Shown piece after piece: positions 33,140 to 42,363 of a stretch of DNA of 60,660 nucleotides. The notes below the pieces were generated by a model, which was given only the letters and a program-made list of their open reading frames with translations, was not told where the DNA came from and ran no database searches. The translations under genes and the position numbers were made by a program. The stretch's first letter is position 1, and the number at the start of each line of letters is the position of its first letter. Source of the DNA: an uncultured Gammaproteobacteria bacterium (GTDB lineage Bacteria > Patescibacteriota > Patescibacteriia > UBA1558 > 2-01-FULL-52-15); NCBI GenBank assembly GCA_964441335.1, contig CAYTUI010000002.1, positions 1-60,660 of the forward strand, given 5' to 3'.

Positions 33140-34026
33140 AGTCCGGTAAGATTGCAGTTTTAATCGGCGGTAAATCCTCGGAAGCAGAGGTATCATTGCA
33201 GACCGGGCAGGCGGTAGTTCAAGCTTTAAAATCTCTAGCTTTGGATATTGAGATTGTTGATTTGAGCCGGGATTATGTTAAACAACTATCAGCCGGAACA
33301 TTTAGCAAAGCCTTTATCGCCGCGCACGGCCACGGTGCTGAAGATGGAGTAGCGCAGGCAGTGTTGGAAGCTCTAAATATTCCTTATACCGGCAGTGACA
33401 TTTTGGCTTCGGCTTTGGCCATGGATAAAATCAAGTCCAAATTAATTTGGCAGCAGTTGGGTTTACCAACGCCTAATTTTTCCCTTGTCAGTAAAGACAG
33501 CTATGACTTGGAAATCCCCATTGTCATTAAGCCTGTTAGTCAAGGTTCCAGTATCGGCGTGACCATTGTTAAAGAGCGAGATAAGTTAGCCGAGGCGATT
33601 AGTCTAGCCTTTGAATATGATAAGCAGGTGATGGCCGAACAGTACATTGAAGGAGCGGAATTTACAGTAGGTATTGTGGGGCAGGAAATTTTACCTGTCA
33701 TACGGATTATAACTACCGGTAAGTTCTATGACTATGACGCAAAATATTGTTCTGAAGATACCAAACTTGTTATTCCATCGGGGTTGTCAGATAAACAAGA
33801 AAAGGAGATTAAATCATTGGCCTGGCAAGCTTTTCAAAGTTTGGGCTGCAGCGGCTGGGGCAGAGTAGATTTTATGCAGGATAAAAGCGGTCAGCTCTAT
33901 ATTTTGGAGGTAAATACTATCCCGGGTTTAACGACACACAGTCTGGTACCGACCGCCGCCGCTTCCTTGGGCTGGAGTTTCAATGACTTAATATTAAATA
34001 TTTTAAAAACCGTTGATGAAAAGTAA
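33136..34026 (+). CDS. ddl: D-alanine--D-alanine ligase
   Basis: IAVLIGGKSSEAEVSL, GEDG, an ATP-grasp core and EVNTIPGLT. Confidence 0.93.
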   Translation: MKSGKIAVLIGGKSSEAEVSLQTGQAVVQALKSLALDIEIVDLSRDYVKQLSAGTFSKAFIAAHGHGAEDGVAQAVLEALNIPYTGSDILASALAMDKIKSKLIWQQLGLPTPNFSLVSKDSYDLEIPIVIKPVSQGSSIGVTIVKERDKLAEAISLAFEYDKQVMAEQYIEGAEFTVGIVGQEILPVIRIITTGKFYDYDAKYCSEDTKLVIPSGLSDKQEKEIKSLAWQAFQSLGCSGWGRVDFMQDKSGQLYILEVNTIPGLTTHSLVPTAAASLGWSFNDLILNILKTVDEK

Positions 34027-35104
34027 ATCACAATTTAAAGCCTTGATTTTGGCCGGCGGAGTTGGCAGTCGTTTGTGGCCGTTATCGCGAAAAAATAGTC
34101 CTAAGCAGATGAAAGCTCTGCTGAATAACAAAACCGTTTTACAGAACACTTATGAAGCTATCAGGAAAGGTTTTGCCAAAGAGGATATTTTTGTAATTAC
34201 CACCAGAGATTTGCAGGCGGATATTCGGGCGCAATTACCAATTCCTATAACCAATATTATTTCCGAGCCGCAAAGACGGGAAACGGCCGCGGCTATCGGC
34301 TTGGGCGCTTGGTTAATTGAAAAAAAATATCCGGGTTCAATTATTGTGACCATTAATTCCGATCATTATATCGGACAGGTTAAGGAGTATATTCGGGTGA
34401 TTAAATTAGCCGGTCGTTTTATAGCTAAACATGCCGACTATTTGTTGACAGTGGGAATTAATCCGACCTATCCGGAAACAGGCTTTGGTTATATTAAAAT
34501 TGGACAAGAGTTTAACACTTTCGGGCGGGATAAAGTTTTTGAGGTAGACAGTTTTAAAGAAAAGCCAACGTTGGCCGTGGCGGAAAAGTATTTGGATGAC
34601 TGGCGCTATTTGTGGAATGCCGCTTTGTTCTGCTTTTCGGCCGACACTCTAAAAGCTTGGTATAAAAAGTATTTGCCCAGTCATTATCGTTCGCTGGAAC
34701 AAATTGCTGACGCCGGTGTCGGCAAATATCCGGCTGTATTAGTCAAGGAGTATCAAAAGATTAAACCGGTGGCCATTGATTACGGTTTGGTTGAAAAATT
34801 AGATAAACTGTTGGTTCTACCGGCTTCTTTTCGCTGGCATGATATAGGTCATTGGCGGACAATTGCGGATATTTTACCGTCCGACAAACACGGGAATACT
34901 ATTAAGGCTTTACACGTGGGAGTAGACAGCAACCGCAATTTAATTTACGCTGAACCTAAGAAATTGGTGGCCACCGTCGGTTTACATGATTTCATTATTG
35001 TGGATACCAGTGACGCTCTGCTAATTTGCAGTAAAGACAAGGCTCAACGCGTAAAACAGATTGTGGACGAAATTAAAAAGAAAAAGTTGGATAATTACGT
35101 ATGA
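34013..35104 (+). CDS. sugar-1-phosphate nucleotidyltransferase (mannose-1-phosphate guanylyltransferase-like)
   Basis: LAGGVGSRLWPLSR nucleotide-binding motif; GYI and DxG patterns; about 360 aa. Confidence 0.8.
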   Translation: MMKSKSQFKALILAGGVGSRLWPLSRKNSPKQMKALLNNKTVLQNTYEAIRKGFAKEDIFVITTRDLQADIRAQLPIPITNIISEPQRRETAAAIGLGAWLIEKKYPGSIIVTINSDHYIGQVKEYIRVIKLAGRFIAKHADYLLTVGINPTYPETGFGYIKIGQEFNTFGRDKVFEVDSFKEKPTLAVAEKYLDDWRYLWNAALFCFSADTLKAWYKKYLPSHYRSLEQIADAGVGKYPAVLVKEYQKIKPVAIDYGLVEKLDKLLVLPASFRWHDIGHWRTIADILPSDKHGNTIKALHVGVDSNRNLIYAEPKKLVATVGLHDFIIVDTSDALLICSKDKAQRVKQIVDEIKKKKLDNYV

Positions 35105-36099
35105 TATTGCGAATTGTAAAATTAATAATATTAGCTATTCTAATTTTTGCCGGCTGGTTTGCTTGGCAACTTTTGACGCCTAATAGTTTACATTCAGATT
35201 CTAAGAAATTTGTCATCAATCAAGGCGAAAGTGTCAATCAAATTAGTGCCAATCTATATGGAGCGGGTTTAATTAAAAGCCGTTTGTCTTTTGAGTCATA
35301 TTTGTGGGCGACTAAAGCTGAAGGAAAGTTAATAGCCGGCAGTTATAATTTAAATACTAATTTGAATATCCCATCACTTTCTAAGATTCTGATGGGGGGT
35401 GGCAATGATGCCGGTGAAAATAATCTGACATTCATAGAGGGACTGAACAGAAAAGAGTACGCTGCCTATTTAGACAGTCGTGGTTTTTCCGGGCAAAAGT
35501 TTTTGGATTTAACGGCCAGCGCCAGTGACTGGTCAAATGACTTCTCGTTTTTAAAAGGCTTACCGGCTGACGCCAGTCTGGAAGGTTTTCTTTTCCCTGA
35601 CACTTACAGTATAAATAATTATACAACCGAAGAAACAATTATCAGACGTATGTTGAAAACTTTTGACAGCCGAACCGCTGATTTGCGTCAACAGTTGCAG
35701 TCAGAAGATAGGGGTTTATTTGAAGTGGTAAATTTAGCTTCTATTGTTGAACATGAAGTGTCTGATAGTCAGCAGAGGAGAGCGGTGGCTGGAATATTTT
35801 ATAATCGCTTGTCGGCTGATATTGGTTTACAGTCTGATGCCACTGTTAATTTTATCACCGGTAAAAGTGAGCGCCGTCCGACAGCTGATGATTTAGAAAT
35901 TGATTCGCCGTATAACACTTATAAATACCGCGGTCTACCACCGGGTCCAATTTCCAATCCCAGTTTAGATTCTCTGGAGGCCACTGTTAGTTATGACCAT
36001 AACGATTATTTATATTTCCTTCACAATCAAGCCGGCGAAATTTATTACGCCAAAACTTTTGAAGAGCATCAGAAAAATAGGGAATTGTATTTGGATTAG
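35101..36099 (+). CDS. mltG: endolytic murein transglycosylase (YceG family)
   Basis: N-terminal TM; ASIVEHE catalytic-Glu context; YNTYKYRGLPPGPISNP. Confidence 0.9.
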   Translation: MILRIVKLIILAILIFAGWFAWQLLTPNSLHSDSKKFVINQGESVNQISANLYGAGLIKSRLSFESYLWATKAEGKLIAGSYNLNTNLNIPSLSKILMGGGNDAGENNLTFIEGLNRKEYAAYLDSRGFSGQKFLDLTASASDWSNDFSFLKGLPADASLEGFLFPDTYSINNYTTEETIIRRMLKTFDSRTADLRQQLQSEDRGLFEVVNLASIVEHEVSDSQQRRAVAGIFYNRLSADIGLQSDATVNFITGKSERRPTADDLEIDSPYNTYKYRGLPPGPISNPSLDSLEATVSYDHNDYLYFLHNQAGEIYYAKTFEEHQKNRELYLD

Positions 36100-36131
36100 A
36101 TAAGTTTTTTAGATTTTTACCGACCCCTCTT

Positions 36132-36216
36132 CCTCGCCGCTCGCGAGCGGCGAGGTCCGTCCTCCCCTTAACAGGGGAGGCTCCTTTAGTTAGAGCCCCT
36201 CCTTACCAAGGAGGGG
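36132..36216. repeat. three consecutive GC-rich hairpins/palindromes
   Basis: Perfect 24-nt palindrome CCTCGCCGCTCGCGAGCGGCGAGG (36132-36155); CCTCCCC-ttaaca-GGGGAGG (36161-36180); CCCCTCC-ttaccaa-GGAGGGG (36196-36216). Confidence 0.85.
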
Positions 36217-36236
36217 TAAGGGGAGGTCAATCGTAT

Positions 36237-36276
36237 AATTAGAAAACCCGCACGTTCCACTGATGTGTACTAGTGC
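36237..36276. repeat. 40-bp perfect direct repeat, copy 1
   Basis: AATTAGAAAACCCGCACGTTCCACTGATGTGTACTAGTGC, identical to 37001-37040. Confidence 0.95.
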
Positions 36277-36280
36277 GGGT
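36240..36280 (-). terminator. intrinsic terminator of the 195-aa gene
   Basis: Minus strand: ACCCGCAC-19 nt-GTGCGGGT followed by TTTTCT. Confidence 0.7.
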
Positions 36281-36310
36281 CTTCGTTGATCTGAAACCGG
36301 CTACAGGAGG

Positions 36311-36898
36311 CTAATCTCCAGTCTCATCGTCCTTGTGATCCTTGTGATAGTCGTGGACATGCTGAATGGCGTCCTTGATTCGTGACTCCACCCAGTCGAT
36401 GTTTGCTTTTCGACGACGAGCAATCTGTTTGATGGACAGTGGCTTGGCCGCCTTCCTGATTTCCTCTCCTTGCCTCCAGCGGAATCCGAAATAGTCCACC
36501 AGCAGGTCATACTCAATCCTGCTGATGACGCCACCTATGAACGCTGACTCTGCGGTTACATCTTCGTGTCCTATGCCACAGCCGAATAGCTTATGGGCAG
36601 GCCTTCTCCTCGGCGGGTACGTCTCTGTCATGTATTCTTGGATGCGCAATAGCGCATCCTCAATCAGCAGTTGGACTTTGGACGTTTCCATGCCCCTGAG
36701 CTTACCAACCTGGGTGTAGGTTCTCCGGCGTCCGAAGTGGCCGGGCTTGTTCGGGTTGATGTTGAAGTAGCAGTTCAGCAACTCCCGCTGGATACTGGTG
36801 ATGATCTTGAAACTGTAGACCTCCAAGATGGTCATCCGGCCTTGACCTCGACGGCAGCCAAGCAGTTCGTGAAGCGGAACGGTCTTTTGAGTGGTCAT
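36311..36898 (-). CDS. hypothetical DNA-binding protein with two tandem sigma-70 region-4-like HTH units, GC-rich orphan
   Basis: Internal duplication (LHELLGC... / AHKLFGC...), each unit ending in an HTH-like segment (TYTQVGKLRGMETSKVQLLIEDAL; SIKQIARRRKANIDWVESRIKDAI); AAGGAGG SD. Confidence 0.6.
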   Translation of the reverse strand: MTTQKTVPLHELLGCRRGQGRMTILEVYSFKIITSIQRELLNCYFNINPNKPGHFGRRRTYTQVGKLRGMETSKVQLLIEDALLRIQEYMTETYPPRRRPAHKLFGCGIGHEDVTAESAFIGGVISRIEYDLLVDYFGFRWRQGEEIRKAAKPLSIKQIARRRKANIDWVESRIKDAIQHVHDYHKDHKDDETGD

Positions 36899-36944
36899 AT
36901 TGCCTCCTTGGTGGATGGTGAAAGGAACTAAAATGTAATTGAAT

Positions 36945-36973
36945 AGGTTATCATTACTATGTTAGTATGTCAA
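36945..36973 (-). promoter_or_regulatory. putative promoter of the 195-aa gene
   Basis: Minus strand: TTGACA, a 17-nt spacer, TAACCT. Confidence 0.4.
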
Positions 36974-37000
36974 TATTTTGGTTGTAGTTATTTATTTGTC

Positions 37001-37040
37001 AATTAGAAAACCCGCACGTTCCACTGATGTGTACTAGTGC
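37001..37040. repeat. 40-bp perfect direct repeat, copy 2
   Basis: Identical to 36237-36276; here the upstream hairpin arm is degenerate. Confidence 0.95.
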
Positions 37041-37089
37041 AGTTTCTGTGAATGTCATGAAAATACTTTATTCCTAACTTAATTTAAAT

Positions 37090-37136
37090 AAAAAAACGGA
37101 CCCACTCAGCAGCTTGTTGCTGTCCTAAGTGGGTCC
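37090..37136 (-). terminator. intrinsic terminator of the 174-aa gene
   Basis: Minus strand: GGACCCAC-loop with a nested CAGCA/TGCTG stem-GTGGGTCC followed by GT7. Confidence 0.75.
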
Positions 37137-37159
37137 ATGAGTCGCGCTAGCGATGGCGA

Positions 37160-37684
37160 TTAGGCTGTGGGCCTACCGTGCCAGCCGAGAAGCAGGGGGA
37201 GCCAAGCGAAGTGTCGGCGTAGCCACGAGATGGGGTTGCCCATGACTTGCTCGGCCTCCCAGCTGATTGCCGGAGCGATGGAGCCGGCCCGGATGCGTCG
37301 ATAGAGTTCGGTTGCTACCTCGATGCTGTCCTGTCCCGTCGACAGGATGTGCAGCTTGTAGCACGGATAGTGCTCGGCGTTCCTGCCGATACCCTCAGTC
37401 CGAATCCCGTGATCAAGCGTGCCCTCGGCCTTACCAAGTCGGTAGAGTCCGATGGTTCGGCGAGCGGTACGATCGAACTCCTCGTATGCGGACGCCCCAC
37501 TGACCATCTCCAGGTAGTGGTTCAGAACGCTGGAACCGAGCGTTCCGTGTATACGATAGCCCTTTTCGTCACGGTAGATTGCATCTCCGAACAAGTGGGG
37601 CAGACCGTGTCCTGAAGGGCCGTCAGGCTGAAATGTGGCGTGTGATTCTACTGCGGACTTGTCCAGATAGATGTTGAGCGACAT
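37160..37684 (-). CDS. hypothetical protein (174 aa) with a hydrophobic C-terminal tail, GC-rich orphan
   Basis: GAAGGAG SD; globular composition, unlike the four overlapping alternative-frame ORFs; no motif recognised. Confidence 0.55.
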   Translation of the reverse strand: MSLNIYLDKSAVESHATFQPDGPSGHGLPHLFGDAIYRDEKGYRIHGTLGSSVLNHYLEMVSGASAYEEFDRTARRTIGLYRLGKAEGTLDHGIRTEGIGRNAEHYPCYKLHILSTGQDSIEVATELYRRIRAGSIAPAISWEAEQVMGNPISWLRRHFAWLPLLLGWHGRPTA

Positions 37685-37753
37685 TATGAGTCTCCTTCTA
37701 CTTCTTCTAGGGTTGTCGCTTGGTCACTATCACCGCGATGGCAATAGTTTATT

Positions 37754-37782
37754 AGCATAGCATATTTATAAAAATATGTCAA
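37754..37782 (-). promoter_or_regulatory. putative promoter of the 174-aa gene
   Basis: Minus strand: TTGACA, a 17-nt spacer, TATGCT. Confidence 0.45.
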
Positions 37783-37826
37783 TAGTAAGTAAAAATTGGC
37801 TATAATTAGCCCTTTATTTACACGAG

Positions 37827-37854
37827 TTGACATAATTACTAATTCTGCTAAACT
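37827..37854 (+). promoter_or_regulatory. putative rplJ operon promoter
   Basis: TTGACA (37827-37832), a 16-nt spacer, TAAACT. Confidence 0.45.
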
Positions 37855-37860
37855 ATTGAA

Positions 37861-38037
37861 GTACAAATTATTGCCACAGACAGTGGGCGGTAAGTCATGT
37901 GACGAGCCTTAATATCCCACCGAGGTAAGATCGTGGTCGGAATTCGGACTACATCCTTCGTAAAAATATCTGTGGTGTAAACCACTTTTTTTAATTGCTA
38001 CCAATCTACTTAGCTACTAATCTACTAAACTAAAGAA
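37861..38037 (+). promoter_or_regulatory. ribosomal protein L10 leader-like 5' UTR with an attenuator hairpin
   Basis: GC-richer structured segment (CCAC-agaca-GTGG, and others) ending in GTGGT-gtaa-ACCAC plus T7 at 37972-37992; position matches known rplJ autoregulatory leaders. Confidence 0.45.
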
Positions 38038-38556
38038 ATGCCTAAAACAAGAGCGCAAAAAGAAAAAGAATTACTGTCTGTCACCGAGCATCTGAAAAAC
38101 AGCGAAGGTTTGGTATTTACCGCTGATAACGGTTTGACTGTAGCTGAAACAGAGGAGTTACGCTCAAAATTGCGTCAGGAGCAGTCATCTTTGCAGGTTA
38201 TTAAGAAAACCTTGTTAAGAAAAGCTATCAGCGAAGCCAAATTGGAGTTGGAGGATTTTAACACCACCGGTAACGTTGGTTTGGCCTTTTCCCAGTCTGA
38301 TCCGGTAGCGCCTGCTAGATTAGTCAACAATGTCGCCAAAGTAAATGAGAAGTTTCAGATTTTAGGCGGCTTGCTGGAAGGTAAGTTCATTTCTAAAGAG
38401 AAAGTGATAGAGCTGGCTAAATTGCCAAGCAGACAGGAATTATTGGCCAAGGTCGTAGGCACAATTAACGCTCCTGTCAGTGGCTTCGTCAATGTCCTAG
38501 CCGGCAATATCCGAAACTTAGTTAACGTCTTAAACGCCGTTAAAGATAAAAAATAA
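38038..38556 (+). CDS. rplJ: 50S ribosomal protein L10
   Basis: Typical L10 sequence and its position upstream of rplL. Confidence 0.95.
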   Translation: MPKTRAQKEKELLSVTEHLKNSEGLVFTADNGLTVAETEELRSKLRQEQSSLQVIKKTLLRKAISEAKLELEDFNTTGNVGLAFSQSDPVAPARLVNNVAKVNEKFQILGGLLEGKFISKEKVIELAKLPSRQELLAKVVGTINAPVSGFVNVLAGNIRNLVNVLNAVKDKK

Positions 38557-38575
38557 TAATTGATAATTAATTTGT

Positions 38576-38610
38576 TAGCTACTGGCTACAGCCTACTAGC
38601 TACTACCTAA
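38576..38610 (+). repeat. degenerate 7-nt tandem array
   Basis: tagctac tggctac agcctac tagctac tacctaa. Confidence 0.7.
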
Positions 38611-38619
38611 AGAAAACAT

Positions 38620-39027
38620 ATGTCAGAAGAAAAAAAGATCGTCGAAGTTCCCGCTAAGTTTAAATCTATCGTGGAAGAGATTGAGAAGATGTCCGTTTTG
38701 GACCTGTCTGAATTGGTCAAAATCCTTGAGGAAAAATTTGGCGTTTCAGCTGCCGCTCCGATGACGATGGCCGCTGGTGCTCCAGCCGCTGGTGCTGCCG
38801 AAGTCGCTGAAGAGAAGACTTCATTTAGCGTTGAGCTGACTGCCGCCGGTGCCAACAAAATTGGCGTCATTAAGGCCCTTAGAGAAGTTACACAGTTAGG
38901 CTTAAAGGAAGCTAAAGATTTAGCTGATGGCGCTCCTAAAATGGTTAAGGAAGGCGTTGCCAAAGCTGAAGCTGACGAAGTTAAAGCTAAACTGGAAGCC
39001 GCAGGCGCTACAGTTACCTTGAAGTAA
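38620..39027 (+). CDS. rplL: 50S ribosomal protein L7/L12
   Basis: Ala-rich hinge; C-terminal domain [22 protein letters not shown]...[14 protein letters not shown]. Confidence 0.97.
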   Translation: MSEEKKIVEVPAKFKSIVEEIEKMSVLDLSELVKILEEKFGVSAAAPMTMAAGAPAAGAAEVAEEKTSFSVELTAAGANKIGVIKALREVTQLGLKEAKDLADGAPKMVKEGVAKAEADEVKAKLEAAGATVTLK

Positions 39028-39034
39028 GAAATTA

Positions 39035-39076
39035 AAAAACACCCTAGGCAATGACCCGGGGTGTTTTTTGTTTTTC
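39035..39076. terminator. bidirectional terminator between rplL and the 128-aa minus-strand gene
   Basis: A-run, then ACACCC...GGGTGT stem, then a T-run. Confidence 0.6.
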
Positions 39077-39110
39077 AATAATAGCCTATCCTGGCTCTTC
39101 TGACGCGTTT

Positions 39111-39497
39111 CTATATCGATGGGTCGCTAAGTGCTGCCTCATCAGAGTCCTCTGCTAGCATTCTTAATTTTGCGATTAGCCCATCGGTTACAGATGGATC
39201 AATATTGTACCTCTTGGCTAGAGTATCAAGACCTTTTTGATGTTTTTCAATGTCGTCAGGCCCCCATATTTTAGTGTTGTCATTTAGAATTCTCATCGTC
39301 TCTTGGTGTATTATGCCTAACTCTCTAAATCTGTCTCCGGCAGTTTCTGCCGGCCCTGACATCATGGCTTGTCCAAAAACATTGTCTATATCTTTAACTA
39401 ATTCCTCCATTCTTCTCTTGTAGGTTTCACTAGAGTTTCGTTCACCCGAGCGAGGTACCTGCTTGGCATTAGTCATGGGGTCCCATCTTTCTTTCAT
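39111..39497 (-). CDS. hypothetical protein (128 aa)
   Basis: ORF immediately downstream of the 708-aa gene on the same strand; no motif recognised. Confidence 0.5.
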   Translation of the reverse strand: MKERWDPMTNAKQVPRSGERNSSETYKRRMEELVKDIDNVFGQAMMSGPAETAGDRFRELGIIHQETMRILNDNTKIWGPDDIEKHQKGLDTLAKRYNIDPSVTDGLIAKLRMLAEDSDEAALSDPSI

Positions 39498-39523
39498 ATG
39501 ATTCTATTTAATTATTATGCCTC

Positions 39524-41650
39524 CTATTTATTAATCGCTAAAAGATAAATTTTATCTCCGTTGAGAATATAAATGGTTTTTTCGGCGCTGTCTATAACTA
39601 AGCTTTTCAGATTATCAAATTTCGGAGAAGTAAACTGATCTTTGATACTGCCGTCCTTACTGATGATAGCCACCCGTTTATTGGCAGGATCAAGGATGTA
39701 CAGAAAATCAGAGTCACGGTTTGTATAAATACTGCTATTAGCCCCAAAGGCTGGATTTGGCTTTTGATAGTTAAAGGCTTCTCGTTCACCTTTGAAGAGC
39801 TTAATTATTTCACCTTGGTCAGTAATCAGGTAGATATTGCCGTCAATGGCAAAGCTTTGGCTATTTGAAACAACAGTCGGTTCATCAAGCCAATAGGTTC
39901 CATTTTGAAACTTAGCGCCGTTACTGTAGCCATTGTGTTTCCAAATGGCGCCGGCCTGTCTGTCCAATAGATAGAGGTTATCGGAATAAATTAAAGCCTG
40001 GTCAATATTTTTAAAATCGCCGTTAGTGCTTAGCTCAACGCTTATTAGAGCGTTGTCTTTAACCAAACTTAGTTGGTTATTGATCATGGCAAAGATCAGA
40101 TTTTGGGAGCGGTTGGCGATTAAAAGAGTGGGTTGTAATTGATTGTCAACTATTTTAACCGGCTCACCGTTAATTTCATAGATGCCGTCACTAGCCGCAA
40201 ATTCTACTTTATCACCGACAATATTCATGTCATAAATCGGCTGGGCAATCTGCGACAGATCTTTAAATACCAAGGGATCGGCAATATAACTAATTTTACG
40301 GGCGTCATTTAATTGTCTGGCGATATTTTCCCGCAAGTCGTCCAGTTGGGTTTGTTGCTCTTGATTTAGCGGGGCGATGGAATTGAGCAGAGCTTCCATT
40401 TCCAGCAGTATCTGTTCGGCCTTTTGATTGTCTTTATAAATTTTGGCGCTGTCCACTTCGGCTTGTTTTTGTCCGATAGAAGCTATATTTTCGTTGAAGG
40501 CATTAATAGTTTTACTGGTCTGATTGCTTTGACCGCGGAAGATAATCACATTGACAAAAATTATCAGAACAACGGCCGTTGCTGTCAGTAGAATTTGATT
40601 TAGTTTGGAAGTTTTTTTAACACTGGAGGTGGCAGTGTTTAAAGCACCGTCAATTTTATTCCAGACATGTTTCTCTTTATCCTCGCGATATTTTTTACTA
40701 AAAATGAATTTTAGACCGGCCAGAATAAGTTTGATTATTAAAGTCGTAATCCTACCGATTATCTTAAAATATTCTACTGCGTAGTAAATAAAAATACTGA
40801 TAGCCGCCCGTAAACCTCGGATATTTATTATGCTACTGCCACGTCTCTTTAATAGGCGGCCCTTCCTGCTCTTGAGTCGCGGCTGTCCGGGGCGAACGTC
40901 AATGTCAGCTATTTCCTCACTTGGTTCTATTGCGTCTTTCCTAGGTTGACGACGCAGCTGACCTTTACTTAGACCAAAGGCCAGACCGGAGCCTTCTCTG
41001 ATAAATTTTAAAATTACAGCGTTAAAAGTGACAAAGCTAGGCACTTCCTCTAATAGATCTTCAAATCTGTGCACAGCTTCAACTGGCGGTAAATCCTTAA
41101 GAATCTGTTTGATTTTAATTTCCGAAATATAGTCGGTTAGTGTACCGGTTGTAAAAATAATTACATCATCGGGATTTAAAATTCCGCTGGAAATATTGCC
41201 GAATAGTTTCAATGGATTGAAATGAGGATTTTTTTCCGAAATGATGGCTAGTCTTTTTTGCTGTAGCAGTAAAGCCTGCAGATTGCCGATGTTGGCAAAG
41301 TGTATTTGACCTTTATCGCTTATGGCGACTAACAACCCCAGATCCCGAAGCCAGTCGCGATTTTTCTTTGGGGCAATCTCCGGTAAAAAGACATTGAGAG
41401 ATTTAAGAATTTCCTCTAGCAAAACTTCAGGATTAGTATCGTCAATTTGGTCAAATCCTTGGGCGACTTCTTTGATTATGGAGTCAACCAGATAGGCTTG
41501 ATCGGTTCGAGCACGGGGAAAGTCTATAATGATAATTAGTTTGGTAGAATCAGAGGAGCGGTGATTGCCAATGAAAATCTCGCTCTCATGGCGGCTACGG
41601 ACGGGGTCGTGCAGAAATAGTTTGCCAAATTGTATATGTTGTTCCATCAC
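39524..41650 (-). CDS. hypothetical membrane protein (cytoplasmic N-domain, TM region, large C-terminal repeat/beta-rich domain)
   Basis: Hydrophobic segments near residues 290-370; the N-domain is vaguely PP2C-like (not verified); the C-terminal half is beta-rich. Confidence 0.6.
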   Translation of the reverse strand: MMEQHIQFGKLFLHDPVRSRHESEIFIGNHRSSDSTKLIIIIDFPRARTDQAYLVDSIIKEVAQGFDQIDDTNPEVLLEEILKSLNVFLPEIAPKKNRDWLRDLGLLVAISDKGQIHFANIGNLQALLLQQKRLAIISEKNPHFNPLKLFGNISSGILNPDDVIIFTTGTLTDYISEIKIKQILKDLPPVEAVHRFEDLLEEVPSFVTFNAVILKFIREGSGLAFGLSKGQLRRQPRKDAIEPSEEIADIDVRPGQPRLKSRKGRLLKRRGSSIINIRGLRAAISIFIYYAVEYFKIIGRITTLIIKLILAGLKFIFSKKYREDKEKHVWNKIDGALNTATSSVKKTSKLNQILLTATAVVLIIFVNVIIFRGQSNQTSKTINAFNENIASIGQKQAEVDSAKIYKDNQKAEQILLEMEALLNSIAPLNQEQQTQLDDLRENIARQLNDARKISYIADPLVFKDLSQIAQPIYDMNIVGDKVEFAASDGIYEINGEPVKIVDNQLQPTLLIANRSQNLIFAMINNQLSLVKDNALISVELSTNGDFKNIDQALIYSDNLYLLDRQAGAIWKHNGYSNGAKFQNGTYWLDEPTVVSNSQSFAIDGNIYLITDQGEIIKLFKGEREAFNYQKPNPAFGANSSIYTNRDSDFLYILDPANKRVAIISKDGSIKDQFTSPKFDNLKSLVIDSAEKTIYILNGDKIYLLAINK

Positions 41651-41802
41651 AAGCTCTAATATTAGCCCTATTAATATTATAAATCAGCTAAATTATAACA
41701 TTATTCGCCCATAAATCCTAGTTATTGTGGACGAGGTCGGGTCAATACGCTATACTACTTCATAGTTATCCTAATATTTGCCTTAATTTTTAACTATCTA
41801 CC

Positions 41803-42363
41803 ATGTTGGAACTAATTTTTGGTTCAGAGCTAAAAGCTGCCTGTTTGAAATTTTTTATTAATAATCCACAGGACGCTATACCCACCAAAGATCTTATTAG
41901 GCGGTTTGGCGGAAATGCGCCAAAGGTTCTGGCGGAACTCGCCAATCTGGAAAAATTGGGCTTTTTAGAAAAAGTGGCTGGTAAAGATGGTTTAGCTTGG
42001 AAATTAACGCCTGATTTTCCTTTGATTAACGAAATGCGAGCTTTGCTGTTTAAATCCCTAGTTCTTCTGGAGCACGCCTTGGTCCGCAAGGTACAACATT
42101 TAAGGGGCATCTCATTGCTGTTATTCACAGGCGTTTTTATAGGCCAAACGGAGATTGGAACCGATATTCTGCTGGTCGGCAGTATGGATAAGAAAGCTGT
42201 TAATCGGATAATGAATATTATTTCCGAGGAGTTTGGTCAGGATTTGCGTTTCACGGTCTTTACCAAAGCGGAATTTAACGAGCGCCGCGGCATGACCGAC
42301 AAGTTTATCTATGAGATTATCAATTCCAATCCTATTGTCGCTATTGATAATATGAAAAGTTGA
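41803..42363 (+). CDS. hypothetical winged-helix-like DNA-binding protein
   Basis: N-terminal wHTH-like segment (TKDLIRRFGGNAPKVLAELANLEKLGFLEK); the rest is unassigned. Confidence 0.5.
   Translation: MLELIFGSELKAACLKFFINNPQDAIPTKDLIRRFGGNAPKVLAELANLEKLGFLEKVAGKDGLAWKLTPDFPLINEMRALLFKSLVLLEHALVRKVQHLRGISLLLFTGVFIGQTEIGTDILLVGSMDKKAVNRIMNIISEEFGQDLRFTVFTKAEFNERRGMTDKFIYEIINSNPIVAIDNMKS

Noticed and set aside
36237-37040. 40-bp direct repeats considered as integron attC sites
   Set aside because: There is no RYYYAAC/GTTRRRY core pair and no intI gene, and each cassette carries its own promoter. The repeat corresponds to terminator loop, 3' arm and T-run sequence.
36301-37615. Alternative-frame ORFs in the second GC-rich island (36301-36534, 36525-36719, 36671-36931, 37173-37364, 37247-37615, 37267-37503, 37315-37500)
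   Set aside because: Same reasoning as above: they are by-products of high GC content with no translation signals.
39111-39497. 128-aa minus-strand gene considered as a fourth GC-rich cassette
   Set aside because: Its GC content is only modestly raised by eye. It has no promoter of its own and sits directly behind the 708-aa gene, so it is treated as an ordinary hypothetical gene.
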